Positions 46,226 to 63,335 of a stretch of 64,000 nt of DNA are shown one piece after another. The translations under genes and the position numbers were made by a program. The number at the start of each line of letters is the position of its first letter. Position 1 is the first letter of the stretch. This DNA comes from the human T2T-CHM13v2.0 reference genome, Homo sapiens, in NCBI RefSeq assembly GCF_009914755.1, contig NC_060930.1. The stretch is one strand, 5' to 3'. The notes under the pieces were generated by a model, which ran no database searches, had not been told where the DNA came from, and saw only the letters and a list, made by a program, of their open reading frames with translations.

Positions 46226-49200
46226 TAAAAGAATATGGATGGATGAATATATAACTAGACAAAGTTAGGTATTTATACATTTTTATCTCAAGTTTATTAT
46301 TTTAAATATAAGAGGATTCTCATCCAGGGATTCTCATTTAGCATATTTACTGATTACCTCCCAACATGGCAAAAGTTGAACTTAATGTTAATCTCTGTTC
46401 TCTCCTTAACGTACATTAAAATGACATTTAAAAAGATAAAAGAGGCACAAATACATAAGGAAAAATAGAACTGAAGGAGACATCAGAACACTAAATAGAG
46501 ATTAGAAGCATGGGGAAATAGACATGTACTAGCTGATTTATGGAACAGAAAAGCCAGCTAAGCCTGCAGAAGGGATGCAAGGGGGGAAAGGAGGCCCAGA
46601 AGAAAGCTGGTATTGCAGCAGAATCCCAGGCATGCTCAGGGATTAGATGCAGCTCCTGTAGCTGAAGGTGGGAGTCAGGGCTGTAACCAGGAAGAAAGAT
46701 GAAAGGCTGAAATAAAAAAGCCTTTCGACCCCCAGATGATCTGTCTAGAATTATGAGTCCAGTGACCATCCTTCCTCTACTCCAGCAGATGCCTGGACAT
46801 TTGCCATGGACCAAGTTGACCTAGGTGGGCTCTGGATTTAGAGGAGGATTTAGAGCATTCTAAATCCTTCCCCTGTCTTGCAAGGGCTGGAAACTTGGGC
46901 CTGCTTCAGGAAGTCCTTGCCAGCCAAACTCTGGATTAGATTCAACAGCAAGAGACATTTGCCCATGATCTGGCAGGCTGCTGAGACCTGTATGATTATA
47001 AGGGCTAATCAGTTTTTGGGTCTGGATTGAGACTTCACAGTGGCCTTTGAATGTCTCACTGAAAATCTCCCACCGCAGGTCTGGAAAGAGCTGCAGCTCC
47101 TCAGGCTCCTAGATTCCCTGAAATCTAGTGGAGGAATTCACTAGATGGTTGTCCTTCCTCTAGCCCTTTTTATGATGTTTAAACACCTAATTTCTGCATT
47201 AAATCACTCTCTACTCATAGTACCTCAAGTAGTTTTCGTATCCCAAAGAAATTTTCACAAAGGAGGTAAACAAGAAGAATTTCCATTAGAGCACTTGTGT
47301 GTGCCTGCATGTGTGCGTTAGTAGAGAATTGGAGGCGATCCAAGTGTTTGTCACTAGAGGAATTAAGTAAAACATTGCGTGTGTAGTGATACATGTATCA
47401 GCTGGAAACACACTATACCTATATACTCAGATATATCATAAGGATGTAGTATTTAGTGAAAACGAGATGAAATGAGATTGATAGTACACTACCTTTAAAT
47501 AAAGGAAAGCATGAAGACAGACAAGACAATACTGCACATTTTACAAGGAAGCTGTAGCATAGTACATTGTAATGGTGTATCAATCAGAGAGAAGCAGATG
47601 GGAGTTAGGACCAAGTGTGGATGCTGCCACTTGTACAGCCCAATAATAATGACGCAATCAACCGAGGGCTAAAATTCTCCTCACCTTCAGTCTGTTTCCC
47701 TCTCATGCTTCCACACCCCATCCCCCTGCCCCCGCCACCCACTACTGCAACACACACACGCGATGAACTGAAATTTGGCATCCACTTTGGAACTGTTGTC
47801 TACTGTTGGTTGAGTCCAGGGTTGATCTGAGACCATGGCAGTGCCCATGGCAGTGAGAATCAAAAGGAAGGATTAGATAAGAATATTTTTAGCTGTAAGC
47901 TCATTGAAGACAGGGATTTTATTTAATTAATCATTGTCGTTCCTGTGCCTATAGGTGCTCAATAAATTTATATGTAACTGAACTCAACAAAAATTAACCT
48001 ACATTCTACCACAGTTTAGGTACCAGGAGCAAAGTTCCATAAATTGAAGCAAATCGTAAACAGTCTCAGGTCTCTCTTGTTAGCACTACTGCATCAATAG
48101 TGGATAGTGAGCAGTGAAAAGCCAGCTTTTCAGCTGCTTTAATTTCCACAATGATAGTGTCAAGTGCAGGGACATAAAGTTGGCCATCGGCTTGCTTCCT
48201 GAGCTCCAGCTTCTACATGGCTACCTGGAGAAAGGCTGAATGGGTGGGGTGAGGTGGGCAGAGTCAGAACTCTGAGCAATGTTTCAAATCTACAGCAGCC
48301 AGATCTGGAATGAGAGGACTCAGTCAATGATCACTCAAGAAACAGAGTTATTTTTCATGGACTTTAAATAATCTTAATATTAGAATGACCCAGAACTTTA
48401 GGTAATTAGGGAATTCCTCTGATTATTTAGGAAAATCAAGTCACTGCACAGAAGGTGTCTCTGTAAAACTAGTGTTCAATAAAATAAGTTGCCAATTATA
48501 ACAAAGGTCAAGAAATATAGTGTATATATATTTACATTTACACTTGTATACTCTCTCTCTCTTGCATACACAAACACACACACACACGTAATTCATGGAC
48601 TTGACCCAGAGAACACTTGCTCTTACAAACAGCTTTATTGCTTAATTTGTAATTAGGTCCTGTTTGCCCATGTGTGTGGCATTAACATAAATTGATAGAG
48701 AGAAGCACCAGGTGCATTCAATTAAAAGAGCTTTAAAGAGAGGTATCCTGTTTTACACTTAGTTGCATTTTCAAAATATATTTAACAGGTTTATTCCAAT
48801 GTCAGAGTTGCAATAAATAGAAGTCAAGCTGACTTAAAACAGACATGTCTTGTGGGTTAATCCTGTCTCCTGATTTCCATCACCTACTTTGAAGCTATTC
48901 AGTCATCCATTTGCAGACCCTGCCAAAACCTGTGTCAGAAGCCTGCAGTTGCTCTTGTCCATGCAGTAGAAGAGCTATAATGTTTTTCTTCAGTTTGAGA
49001 TTTTATTAGTCTGAGTCAAGCTAAACATTAGAACTAATAAAGCACAGGCGCAATTATCTCCACTGTTATTTCTGTAAAATGGCTGAATGGACTAAGGTGC
49101 AGTGTGAGTCAGAGAAACTTAAACAGAGGCATTAAGTAAACTGTGGGCCTAGTTATGAATGTCTTGCCTTTTGTCACTATTCACTTGCTGGCTCTTGGCA

Positions 49201-49650
49201 TGTATGATGAACCCCTAGGAAGTGCCCTGAGTAGCAGGAATCAGAGATATGTTAGAACATTATGCAGTGCAATCATTTTTAGACTTTTCCAAAGCTATGA
49301 AAAGTTTATGAAGTAGCTTAAAGCTGCAAACTCAGGCACAGAGGGAAGGTAAAATACACTTAGATTAGATACTGAAGATCTGTGGGTAATGAGTCAATAC
49401 TGATCCAATTAGTTGTTACTAATACTTTCCTCAAAGAATATTCCTTTAAATTCCATATACACAACTTGCAGTCTTAATATTTCTTAGAGGACACAGACAT
49501 ACATACATTTTCACCTTTTGCACTAGCTTCAAATTTGGGTGATTCCTCAGACAAACATTTACTTAAGATTGCTAGGAAGGAGCAGTCTCATTTGATTATT
49601 TTCTCTCAATATTGCCACTTAATTATGCACTAGGAGCACTATAATTTAGC

Positions 49651-50007
49651 ATACCATGGACCGAATGTTTATGCCCTCTTAAATCCATATGTTGAAATCT
49701 AATCCCCAATACGATGACATTTGGAGGTAGGGACATTGGGGAGATGTTATTTGGAGGTGGGGGTTTGGTAGGTAAATGGGATTATTACCCTTATAAAAAG
49801 GTCCCCCATGGGCTCCCTTGCCATGTGAAAATGTGCAGACACAGTGGGAAGACAGAAGTCTATGGAGTGAGCTCTCACCAGACACCAAAATCTGCTAGTG
49901 CCTCAATCTTGGACTTCCCAGCCTTCAGAACGGTGAGGAGTACATTTTTATTGTTTGTAAGACACCCAGATTATGGTATTTTGTTACAGCTACCCAAATG
50001 ATTGACA
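49651..50007 (+). mobile_element. MLT1A-like MaLR LTR
   Basis: catatgttgaaatctaatcccc...atcttggacttcccagccttcagaacggtgag...tatggtattttgttacagc. Confidence 0.85.
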
Positions 50008-50339
50008 TACTGTCATTGTAGCCCTCAAAAACCACTGATGATATGTACATACACTACATCTTCAAGGCACACAATAAAGTGAATCTGTAAAGAAGATAGC
50101 AGATTAATTATTATTAATAAAATGCATAAAGTCATTGTCTTCAATCTTATACATTCTTTAAGAAAAATATCAATTGCTGACACATCTAAAGTCTCCCTGA
50201 TTATTTTTGTGTAAATACCTGCCTGTTTTTGTGTTTCCGAGAATCTGTTTTGTTTTCTCTAATTATTTTATGCATAGAATCTTTGTCCTCAACTTGCAAA
50301 CTGACAAGGAAAGGGGTATGCATGACATTTTATAACTAC

Positions 50340-52800
<2,461 letters not shown>

Positions 52801-55800
52801 TTGGTTAAAATATTCTATACTCATGATGTCTCTCCCATAGCGCTTAAGTCTCTATCAAGCACATAAGCACTCACATGTTAATGTATAACCTGAAGTGGTG
52901 TCCTAAAGAATGTATTATATTCTAGATTTCATTCAATTTTTGCTGTTTTCTACACACGTAGCCAAAAATTTCTTGTCAATTTATAGCAGTCTTACAAGGC
53001 AAACTGAAGAAAAAATGAGAAAACTGAACAAAGCCAAATTAGTCTTGCACAATATTAAAAAGCCATATGCTTTTATTCTTTCAGTTTTTTTTCAGTTTTG
53101 TTGAAAATGTGGGAGGCAACTAAAATTAGTAAAGATAAAATAACTAAATTTACTATTTCAAAATTGTAATTGACCAAAGCATTATTCATTATTTACATCA
53201 AATTGTTCAACTTCATATGTAAGCAGTTTTTATTTATCTGTTCAATAAAAACTTTTATCGATTTTGTTGTTCTGAAAGGGAAAAAGGCATGGTCAGCTAT
53301 CATGAAACCAGATGGTGGCTGGTAAAAAAATCTCAGAATATATGTCACTTTATGAACTTAAAAAAATTATCTTACATGGTTACAGATTACAGTTATAAAT
53401 AGCCTAGGAGAAAAAGAAAGGCTGATCATTTTTAAATGAATTCGACATTTTATCTACAGTGTTTACATTGGAGAGATTTCATGTCTACATCAACATTGTT
53501 TGATGTGTGGTTAACATCATTTTGCCTTTATAAATCCTATGCCAATCATATATCGTCAGTTTCATTATTGTTCTACTTGGTACTTTTTATTCTAAGACAC
53601 AGAGGCTCACTCACACATCTTAAGACAAAAGGTTTTTAATGTAAAGATGTATATATGCTGAACTCAAATTGTAACTGAAAAAACTTTGGAAATGAAAGCT
53701 GCTCTAGGGACTGACAGTTTTCTCCTCTCTTTTGTGATCCTTATAGTAATTTACAGCTCCTGACAGTTCTACGTTTTTTGTATCTGCTTCACTCTTCTCT
53801 CTTCATTCTTCCCTCAACCAACGTCTCTGGTTGGCTGTATTTCCTCAATGAATTATGCTTATAATAAATAAGTGGGCAGGGCAAAAAAAAATGGGGGGAG
53901 CAAAGGCAATATAGCAAAGGGTTTCAAGAATTAATTGGGAAAGTAGATATAAAATGCTTGTATAAGTTTGCAACATATAATACATGCTTAATAAATGATA
54001 GTCAAAAATTATCAGCTCTATTGTAATTTTAGTCATTATGATATATTCTCATTAAGGTTAGACTTTGAGAAGCAGGAACAGAGTATGGGTTATGTCTGAT
54101 TGTTGAACAGCAAAGACTATAAAACTATATCCAAAATGTTTTATTTCAGTATTTCAGTTTTACAAGCATCAAACATACTACAGTTTTTCTAAGAAAGAAG
54201 TTTTTTCACCATCAAGAGTGACCAAAATGAGAAGTGGTTACAATATTTGTTCAGAAAGTCACTGTTTGTGTTATTTAGAAAATCTTATTAAGGGACTTAA
54301 AAGTGTGTGTTCATCATTGGTTCATTTGAAAAATGAACAAACTCTAAAAGAGAGAGGCATTGGTTGTTGAGGATTTCACTGAGCTCAATGATGATTTAGC
54401 ACAGTTATTTTAAATTTCTACTTCTCTAATTTTCTTTTACTTGGTCTCTAGTCTATTACGTATGAGTTTTTGAATTTATATAAAAGTACTAAACTTCCTA
54501 AAGTATTTATTTCAACAAATAATATACATGCTACCTACTACAGAACAATCCTAAACTATTTTGAAAGCTACAAACAGCCTTTCCCTCACAATGTTTGACA
54601 AGAGAAAGCCATTTACCTTCAATAAACTTTTGGTAAAGATAGATAACTAGCAACTCAATGCCTATACCCTTAAGCCAAAGTTACTTAAAAATTTAAGAGA
54701 TTTCCAATAATAAAATAGAAAAAAATTATTAGTAAAAATTATCTTCAAAATATCATTTTCAGTAATTCAAAATTAGACATTTTAGTTAAAAATTCCCACC
54801 TTTTCATTACCATGCACCTGTTGATGATTTCTTTAAATGGAAATAGTATAAATTACTTATTTCTGAAGTTTAATAATTTGGTAATTATTTCGAAAGCTAG
54901 AAAACCATTGGAAGAGTAAGAGACAATTGAGACAATTGGGTTTTTGAGGTTATATCCTCAAAAACTTGAGCATGGCTTTCTAAAAGCTTTGATCATTTTA
55001 AGCACTTACATGACAACTTAATGTAATGGCAAGCAATACAAAATTGAAATTGCAAAACTGAGTTTCATATTTCCTTGTAAACATGACTTTGTTGATCTTG
55101 GGTCTTTCAAACTGTGCTTTTAATGCAACAACACAGCCCCTCCAAAAAGTAAGAAAAAAGTATATGCCTATTATAAAATTAGAGAAACAAGCTAAATTCT
55201 GAACCAGAAACAATTTGTAGAAAACAACAACAGCAAAAATAGTAACAACAAAAATATATATTACGTAATGAAAAAAAATAAACTAAGAAAATAGAGCAGG
55301 TACTGGCTATTTTAAGAGCTAATAGTAATCGAGCACTTGATAGTCGCAAGCATCACGTTTAACGCCCACTATCCTGTTTATTTCAAATAGCCTTTCTCTC
55401 AAATGGGTCCTAGAATTAGCCACATGTTAAATTTAAGGAACATGATTTCATATAAGCGCATAAATTACATATGCTATATATTTTATCCAGTCTCTTTATT
55501 CGAATTGCAAGCATTTTCCAAGTCACTAAATTTTACTTTAAAAACCTTACAGAGTATGGCCATCTAATCAGGTAATTATTATGTAAATAGATGTTATCTG
55601 CATCTAATCCCCAATTACTGAATACTCACCAGCATTGATAACTATTATTTGTTTAAACTTTGCTAGTTATATAAATAACTCATACATTTTCATGTAGGAG
55701 GCTTGAATAAATATCATCACACAAAATTAGCAAAGTATTCATATTATTTAAACACACTTTATTTAAATTTTTTCCCAAAGAATAAGTTTCAGAATCTTTA

Positions 55801-56098
55801 AGCCCTCAAATAAGAATAATGAAATAGAATTATTCATTACCAGCCACTTTTCTTAATCTTGGAGTGCCGATTTTCCTTCCATGGCCAATAAAACAGAAGT
55901 TTTGCAAACAATTCCAATCTCTCCAAAGGCCCCCTTCCTACACACCAACCAAACCAAGTCATCACATTCATGGTTGGCCAAGGGGGGCCCAATTGCACAC
56001 ATATACCACCTGGAAAATCTGCACTCTCATGTCTCCCTCCTCAAAGTCCATTATCAAAGGCAAGTTCAGATTTTATTCACTTCAAATTGATGATGATA

Positions 56099-56142
56099 AT
56101 ATGTACCCACAAAAATTAAAAATAAAAATGAAAAATATTTAA
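56099..56142 (+). mobile_element. 44-bp extreme 5'-truncated L1 (L1MA-like 3' terminus) with perfect 15-bp TSD
   Basis: atatgtacccacaaaaattaaaaataaaaa... flanked by aaattgatgatgata at 56084-56098 and 56143-56157. Confidence 0.75.
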
Positions 56143-59100
56143 AAATTGATGATGATATAGCTCCTTGGGAACATCCCTTAAATTACTCTTTGGCTCCTAG
56201 AACATCCTCATTGATACTGAATTTATTTCCACTCTGAGCAGTTGCCTGTATTGCAGAAATCCCTGAGGCTTTAAAGGCTAGGCTAAGTGGACATGGATGA
56301 AATGTAGAGGTGACAAAATATAGAGGTAGCAGACATCCTGCGACTTTTTAAAAAAGAACAGTGGGGGAATTTCTACCCATGGTGGAGGGGAGGACTTACC
56401 CTGTACAATTATGTCTGCTAGAACATTTTAAAAAGAAAAGCCTTGATCTCAAATACCAACCATGTATAAACATTCTATTGCATAAACCCAGAGGCAGTTA
56501 ATATTTTTAATGAAGACAAAAGCACACAGAAAACAATCACATTTCTCTTAAATCATAATTTACACCAAACTAATTGAATTTAAAAGTAACTAAACAAGAA
56601 AACATCAATTAGATATCTATTCTCTCTCTTGTATAATTACGTTGTTTTATTGCCCATGTTTCATAATTGTTGCCAAACAGCTTTTAAATCCTATCATTAG
56701 TTTTCCAGAAAAGGGGAATGAGAAGTGTTATATGTTTTGGACTCTAAGGTTTTGTTTTGATAGGTATGCTGCCACTGAAATTAGGTCCTCTTGACAAACA
56801 GGTGTTCGCGGTACACATGATTTTTAAAACATCCTTACCTATTAGAACAGTTATACTCATGGAGTTCTAGTTACTGAAAATTAATCATTGCAGTGGCTCA
56901 TGAGTACTTTGTTTATATACTAGCTAAATCTAAACCAAACCAAGTCATCATGAATGTATCCTCTCTACTCTCCTCACTTTGAGCAAGAGAAACGATAGCT
57001 TTAACAGCAAGTTGGTTTCAAAGGTAAAAGAAGCCAAGATCACTCCACTTAATTGCATCCTTGAAAATGTAGGAATAGAAGAAAGGATGTATCTGTGAAA
57101 GTGGTCTCCATGAAACTCTATTTAAACGGTTGCTTCTTCTCAACCTTCCTCCCATTTTCCCTTTTCTAATGGTAGAATAAACTACCATTAGGTGATAAAT
57201 TTAATTAGAGAACACTGTTTTACAAGATCATATTTCCAAGTAACAAAAACTTTTATGTCAGTTTCATACAAAAGATGTGCTGGATATATAATTCTGTATA
57301 TAATATGTAATTCAGCTGGTGGGGACTTTTCTTCGGTGCCCTTATTCATGACTCTCTATTCCTTTGGATATATCTTTTTCCTCAATTAGCCTAATGCTAA
57401 TAATAGCCTAATCCATAATAAAAGTCAACTTCACACTTATTGGCACATCATAGACCTTCATAGCCATCTTCTGGGCTTTCATGTCCATAATCCCATTAAT
57501 ATTTGTAATGATCCTGAAAGAAATTCTGAGTATTAAGTTAAATATCTTGAAATCATGTAGCAGAGGTTCACAAAGATTATATTAACTCCTGGCCTTACAA
57601 AGCTGGCAAACAAGTGAGAAATGCCAGAATTGTTTTTATTCTATCTCCTACTACCCCTTCCGTAGGCCTCCCCTAATAACCACACTCTCATTGATTTCTC
57701 CTGGAATTCTTTGGGTATTTAAGAACACACAATTTAGCATCTGAAGGCTAGCTTGTATTGTTCTGTAATGAACTCATCCGGGCTTTTTCTCTTAAACGAG
57801 ATTTTAATCTCCTCAAAGGTAAACATCTTTTGTGCCAGCCTTTCAGCATCACACTATATTAGTGGGCAAGGGTGGAGGCACAAGATCTACTTGGGGAACA
57901 ACACTTCTTTGCTTAATAGAATCTGTACTGTTGTTTGCAGACGTAGATCCTTCTCTACTAGATCTTTTTGCCTTTGCTTCCTGCTATACTTTTTATCTCA
58001 GTTTTCCATAGGTTTTGGTTATTGCTCTAACCCTTAGATCCCCAGTCCTGCCTTCACACCCTCATACTTGTTCACCTGCTGTAGTTCAACCACCCAACTA
58101 TTGATGTTGGCTTTTTCTAGTGAGGCACCTTTGCCACCTTCAGCTTCAGCAGCTGGCTTTTAGAACCGGTCCTGCCTTCAGATTGAGCTGATGGTACAAC
58201 TAAATACCTCTTCTAGACATGCTATCTAGCTAGATTTTTTCCTACTTCAGCAACCTTCATACATGATATGTGCATTGGTACAGCATACTTACCTGAAAAA
58301 TAATGGCCACATATAGCAATATCTCTGCTTACAGAAATTCCAAATTCCTTCCTATTATGGGCTCCATAGCTACCTATTATTTCCTATTTTCTTCTACAGC
58401 CACTAAACATTTCTAGTTTTCTAGCACTTTCCCTGTAAAACTGAGAGGAGGGAACTTGTCATATTCATCTTTGTAGCAGGATGTTGATTTGTAAACGAAG
58501 TGTTGATGCATTGTTGATGTTACTTATTTAATAAAGGTATAATAGATATTAGCAGGGCAGATAGGCATTCTAAGAAAATGGCTTGACATAAGAGCTGAAA
58601 GAACTTGTTTAGAATTTTAGAATTATCAAAGGGCTTCATGTTCATTTCACCTTGTTAGGGAGAGGATATCTCCTTTTGCCTAGAGCATGTCTCAACCATT
58701 CAGAGTTAAAATGGCTGTTCCAGCCCAGCAAATGGGAAACAAATTTGAGTTGTACTGAAATGGGTTAAGGGCTCTAATTCTCGTCTAGTGTGTTGGTTAC
58801 ACTGGGAAGGAACATCTGTCTAGTTATAATAGTCAAGAGTACCGGTATGATAAATTTGGGTAGGTTTCAGAGTGCTTGCTCACAGCTAGCAAGGAGGATC
58901 CAAAAAAGATGCAGAAAGTTGTGTAAACAACTGCAATTGCACTGACACTTTCATTCATATGTTTAGAAGAGACATATCTGAAGAAAATTCTTTTTAAAAT
59001 AGTTTCTCAGCTGAGATTATACTTTTTTAGTGTGTAGCTCACAGGAAGTTCTAGTTGCCAAGAGCATGTTCGATATGAGTAGATCTCTACCTAATTCTTA

Positions 59101-59899
59101 TGCATAATGAACCCAATTTTCATCTCTTCTAGAAAGATACTGAAAACATGTGTCGTGATCTCAATGTTACAACCATGTAGCCTCATCTTTCACAATACGG
59201 TACAATCACCAACGAAGTTTAAACTTCATGTCTGGCATCCAAGGTGAACATTTCCATAGAAAGTAGGAAATATTTAGATGTCTGTTTGCCGTGGTGGTGG
59301 TGTTCCTATATACTTTTTGTGACCCTAAAGATATAATAATGTTTGACATTTTTGTTAGCCAGTAATGTGGACTTAAGACATCCTAACCACACTGCTGACT
59401 CTAACCCTTTAATAGACTTTCACGTAGTTCTTGAGCCTCACTGCAGGCTCCAGTGCTAGTCCCGGAGGAAATCAGAAAAGGGTTGAAACCACTGACACAG
59501 CCATCTCTTTAGCTCCTCCTAACGCAGGTGTACAGTTTCCTGTAGTGAGCAGATCGGGGCCTACAGGGACACTGCATGCTTGCACTGGGCTGTTACTAGT
59601 TTCATGGAAATATGTACTAATTGTGTCACTGTGTTTTCTTGTCACACTGCCCCCTTTCTAGGCCGCTCTGGCACCGTTTATTTAAACTGTGCAACCATCT
59701 GGCCCAGGTGCCGTAGAGATTGATCAGTAGCACAAGGCCACCACAAGCACAACCGCCACCCGGCCATCCCAGCTATTTCCTCCAGCATTCTAGACATCAT
59801 GGCGTCCGAGGGTGGGTCCAACGGGCTTCGAGTGTTCGGGAGATAATGCACACTTCGCAGTGGATCTTCTCGGGGCCCCGAGCGTTGCCCGCCCATTAG

Positions 59900-60778
<879 letters not shown>

Positions 60779-61688
60779 TTACCAGCGTTTCCAGAAGAGC
60801 CCCTGCCCCGTTCCTGCTGCGGCCTGGCCGTTCTTGGGGAATCTGACCACGGCGTGCAAACTGGGACTGCCTTTCCCTCTCCTCAGCCCGTCCTCCTCCA
60901 ACCCGCGCTCCTTTGCCCTGCCGGGCCCCAGGATGGCAGGCCACCTGACTCTCACCTCTGTGCCCCCACGCCTCTGTGATCTGAGTCAGGGCCTCAGTTC
61001 CCTCCCTGGGATAAAGTGAGGCCACCATCCCAGCTTCCGGCTCCCTCTTCTCCCCCCTCTACCCGCCACCCCACCCCACCCCACCCCCGCCCACTCGTTG
61101 CCTGATTCCGTTTCCGACTTGGGGTTCAGGCAGGCTGTTTTCACCTCTAGACACCCCTCTCCACCCCTCCTGCTTCCCCAGGCATTATGAACCTCTGCTT
61201 AGGAATATGGGTAGGAGTGAAAGGCCTGGCAGATAAAGAGCAGAGGGCACTTGCGGGGCCTGGGATGAGCAGTCTTCAAGCTGTGGTAGTTAGCGGGCAG
61301 GAGAGCGACATCTTCCTGAGCTCCTGTCCATGCCTGCCATACCTGCCAGCTTCAGACATTTAGGGAAAAGGGGCAGCATGTGGGGAATGCCCCCCGCCTT
61401 CCACAAATCCTTTTGCTGACCCAGGAAGTTCTGGGAGTTGCCGTTTTTCATCAAAACGTTTGGGGGCTTCCAAGTTGTTTGTGAGATCTGAAAACTTAAC
61501 TTTGCCCAATATCCTGGTTGGGGACCGTGAGAAATATCTGCCCCATTTAGATCTCTGGGGCCACTGATGGGATGCCCTGGGAAGATCCTTGGCTGCCGCT
61601 TTCTCTCCCCACAGCCTCAAGGCCACCCTACGGTCATATATATCACTCAGGCGTAGAAGAAAAGACACATATTTTATAAAATCTTTTT

Positions 61689-61694
61689 AATAAA
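61689..61694 (+). terminator. Candidate proximal polyadenylation signal
   Basis: AATAAA in tttttaataaaagg. Confidence 0.5.
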
Positions 61695-62088
61695 AGGAAG
61701 TTCCAAGAAGAATTTTTAAGAACTACCTCTAGGTGTGCCTCCACGCTGGCCCTAGCTTTCCCATTGCTGTTCCATTGCTGAGACAAACTGGAAGGCTCCC
61801 TTTCTGTTTGAAGTTTTATGACTTGTAGTCAGGCTTTGCTGTTCGTCACAGTGTCATTTTCCATTCAGGTACCATCACCTGGTCCCATCAACAGGTCTAG
61901 TATGTAGCTCACTGATAACAGAGGAAGATGTGTCTCCTCCCACCCTCTTCCTAATGGTCATTATGCCTTTCTCCATCTATTGTCTCTTTCACCCCTTCCC
62001 CTCTCCCTTGGGCTCTGATGAAAAATTGTTGACTGCAGTTTCGGAAGTTTGATCTGAGAACCAACCATAGAATGTTTCAGTTCTAGGA

Positions 62089-62094
62089 AATAAA
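62089..62094 (+). terminator. Candidate distal polyadenylation signal
   Basis: AATAAA in ctaggaaataaaaccagttgatt at the apparent end of the retrocopy, with T/GT-rich sequence downstream. Confidence 0.65.
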
Positions 62095-63104
62095 ACCAGT
62101 TGATTAAAGCAAATTTTCTCCGGCCTGTTCCTTTGGCTTCTAAATAATTGGTTCTTAAATGGAATGCTCCTCTTATTTTTTATACATCTTGTGTTAAAGC
62201 AATTGTAATATACAGGGACATTTTAGAATCACCTTTGAGAAACCTTTGTTATCTTAAGGTCTCTATCCTTCACTTCGTCTGTAATAGTCACTACCACTGA
62301 TTTGAATAAATGGAAACAAGTTAACTTAGAATGTTTGGATGCTGACAAATTGGGACAATGCTTTGCCAAAGAACTGCTTTGTGGAAAAATAGGGTGAAGG
62401 GATTGGCCTTTTTTTTTTTTCTTGCTTCCCCACGTGTAATACTGTTTCTTCCAATGCCTTACTCATGAAAATAAGACAGTTGCTTTATACTCCCAGTTTG
62501 TAAAATAAATAGTATTTGTAGACTATTTTGCATTTGCAAGTGGCTTTGTGCAGATATCTCAGGATATTTAAATATAATAATTGTTACGTATTGGGCATCC
62601 TAATTTCTGTATTCATCAACATTGCATGCATACGTGGCTTCAGTAAATACTGTAGTCCTTCTCATAGAACGTGCTATGGCATCACTAACCAGCGTGGTTG
62701 GCAGCTGGAGACAACCCTGTTTTCCATCCCTGAAAAGATGGTATTATTTTACTTCAAGATGTATAAATCAGATGATTCCTTGTTTTTCAATTACTGTTAT
62801 TGCAATAATATTAATACTAGAAGTTACTAGTCACTGAATGTCTACTCTGTGTCCTGAAGATGACTTCATTCAATCTTTGTAATAATCTGGCAAGGTAGGC
62901 ATTAATACTCAAATTTTTCATTGGAAGAAGCTCTGGTTCAGAGGTTAAGTGGCCTTTCCTGCATTCCACAGAACATTCAGTATTCAAACACAGGTTTTAC
63001 TAGTCCAGAACCCGCGATCTTTCTCCTGAAGGGCACATTTAGAAAAGCACTAACAATGAAATCAGAAGTCAATAAAAGCCGTTTTAGTATTAATAACAAG
63101 AAAT

Positions 63105-63335
63105 CATGATAGTAGCTATTACTGAGTCTCTGAAGTGAGCCAAGCAGTACAGTATGTTTTACATGTGATGTCTTTATTAATACAACTACCTAATTAGGTA
63201 GCTACTAATACCTCTGTTTTAGAGCTCAGGGAGCTGGGGTTCAGAGATGTTAAACAATTTTCCCAAGGTCATACAACTAGTAAATGACAAAGCCAAGATT
63301 CAAAAGCAGGTCTTTCTCATTCTGAATCATAGGTG
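63105..63335 (-). mobile_element. MIR (second MIR-like fragment at ~62870-63020)
   Basis: cagagatgttaaacaattttcccaaggtcatacaactagtaaatgacaaagccaagattcaaaagcaggtct. Confidence 0.7.

Larger units (their letters stand above)
60779..62105 (+). other. HDGFL1: HDGFL1 3' UTR, apparently retrocopied from the HDGF mRNA
   Basis: Segments tttgggggcttccaagttgtttg and gctctgatgaaaaattg...ttcagttctaggaaataaaacc resemble the HDGF 3' UTR as recalled; GC content falls after ~62100. Confidence 0.65.
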
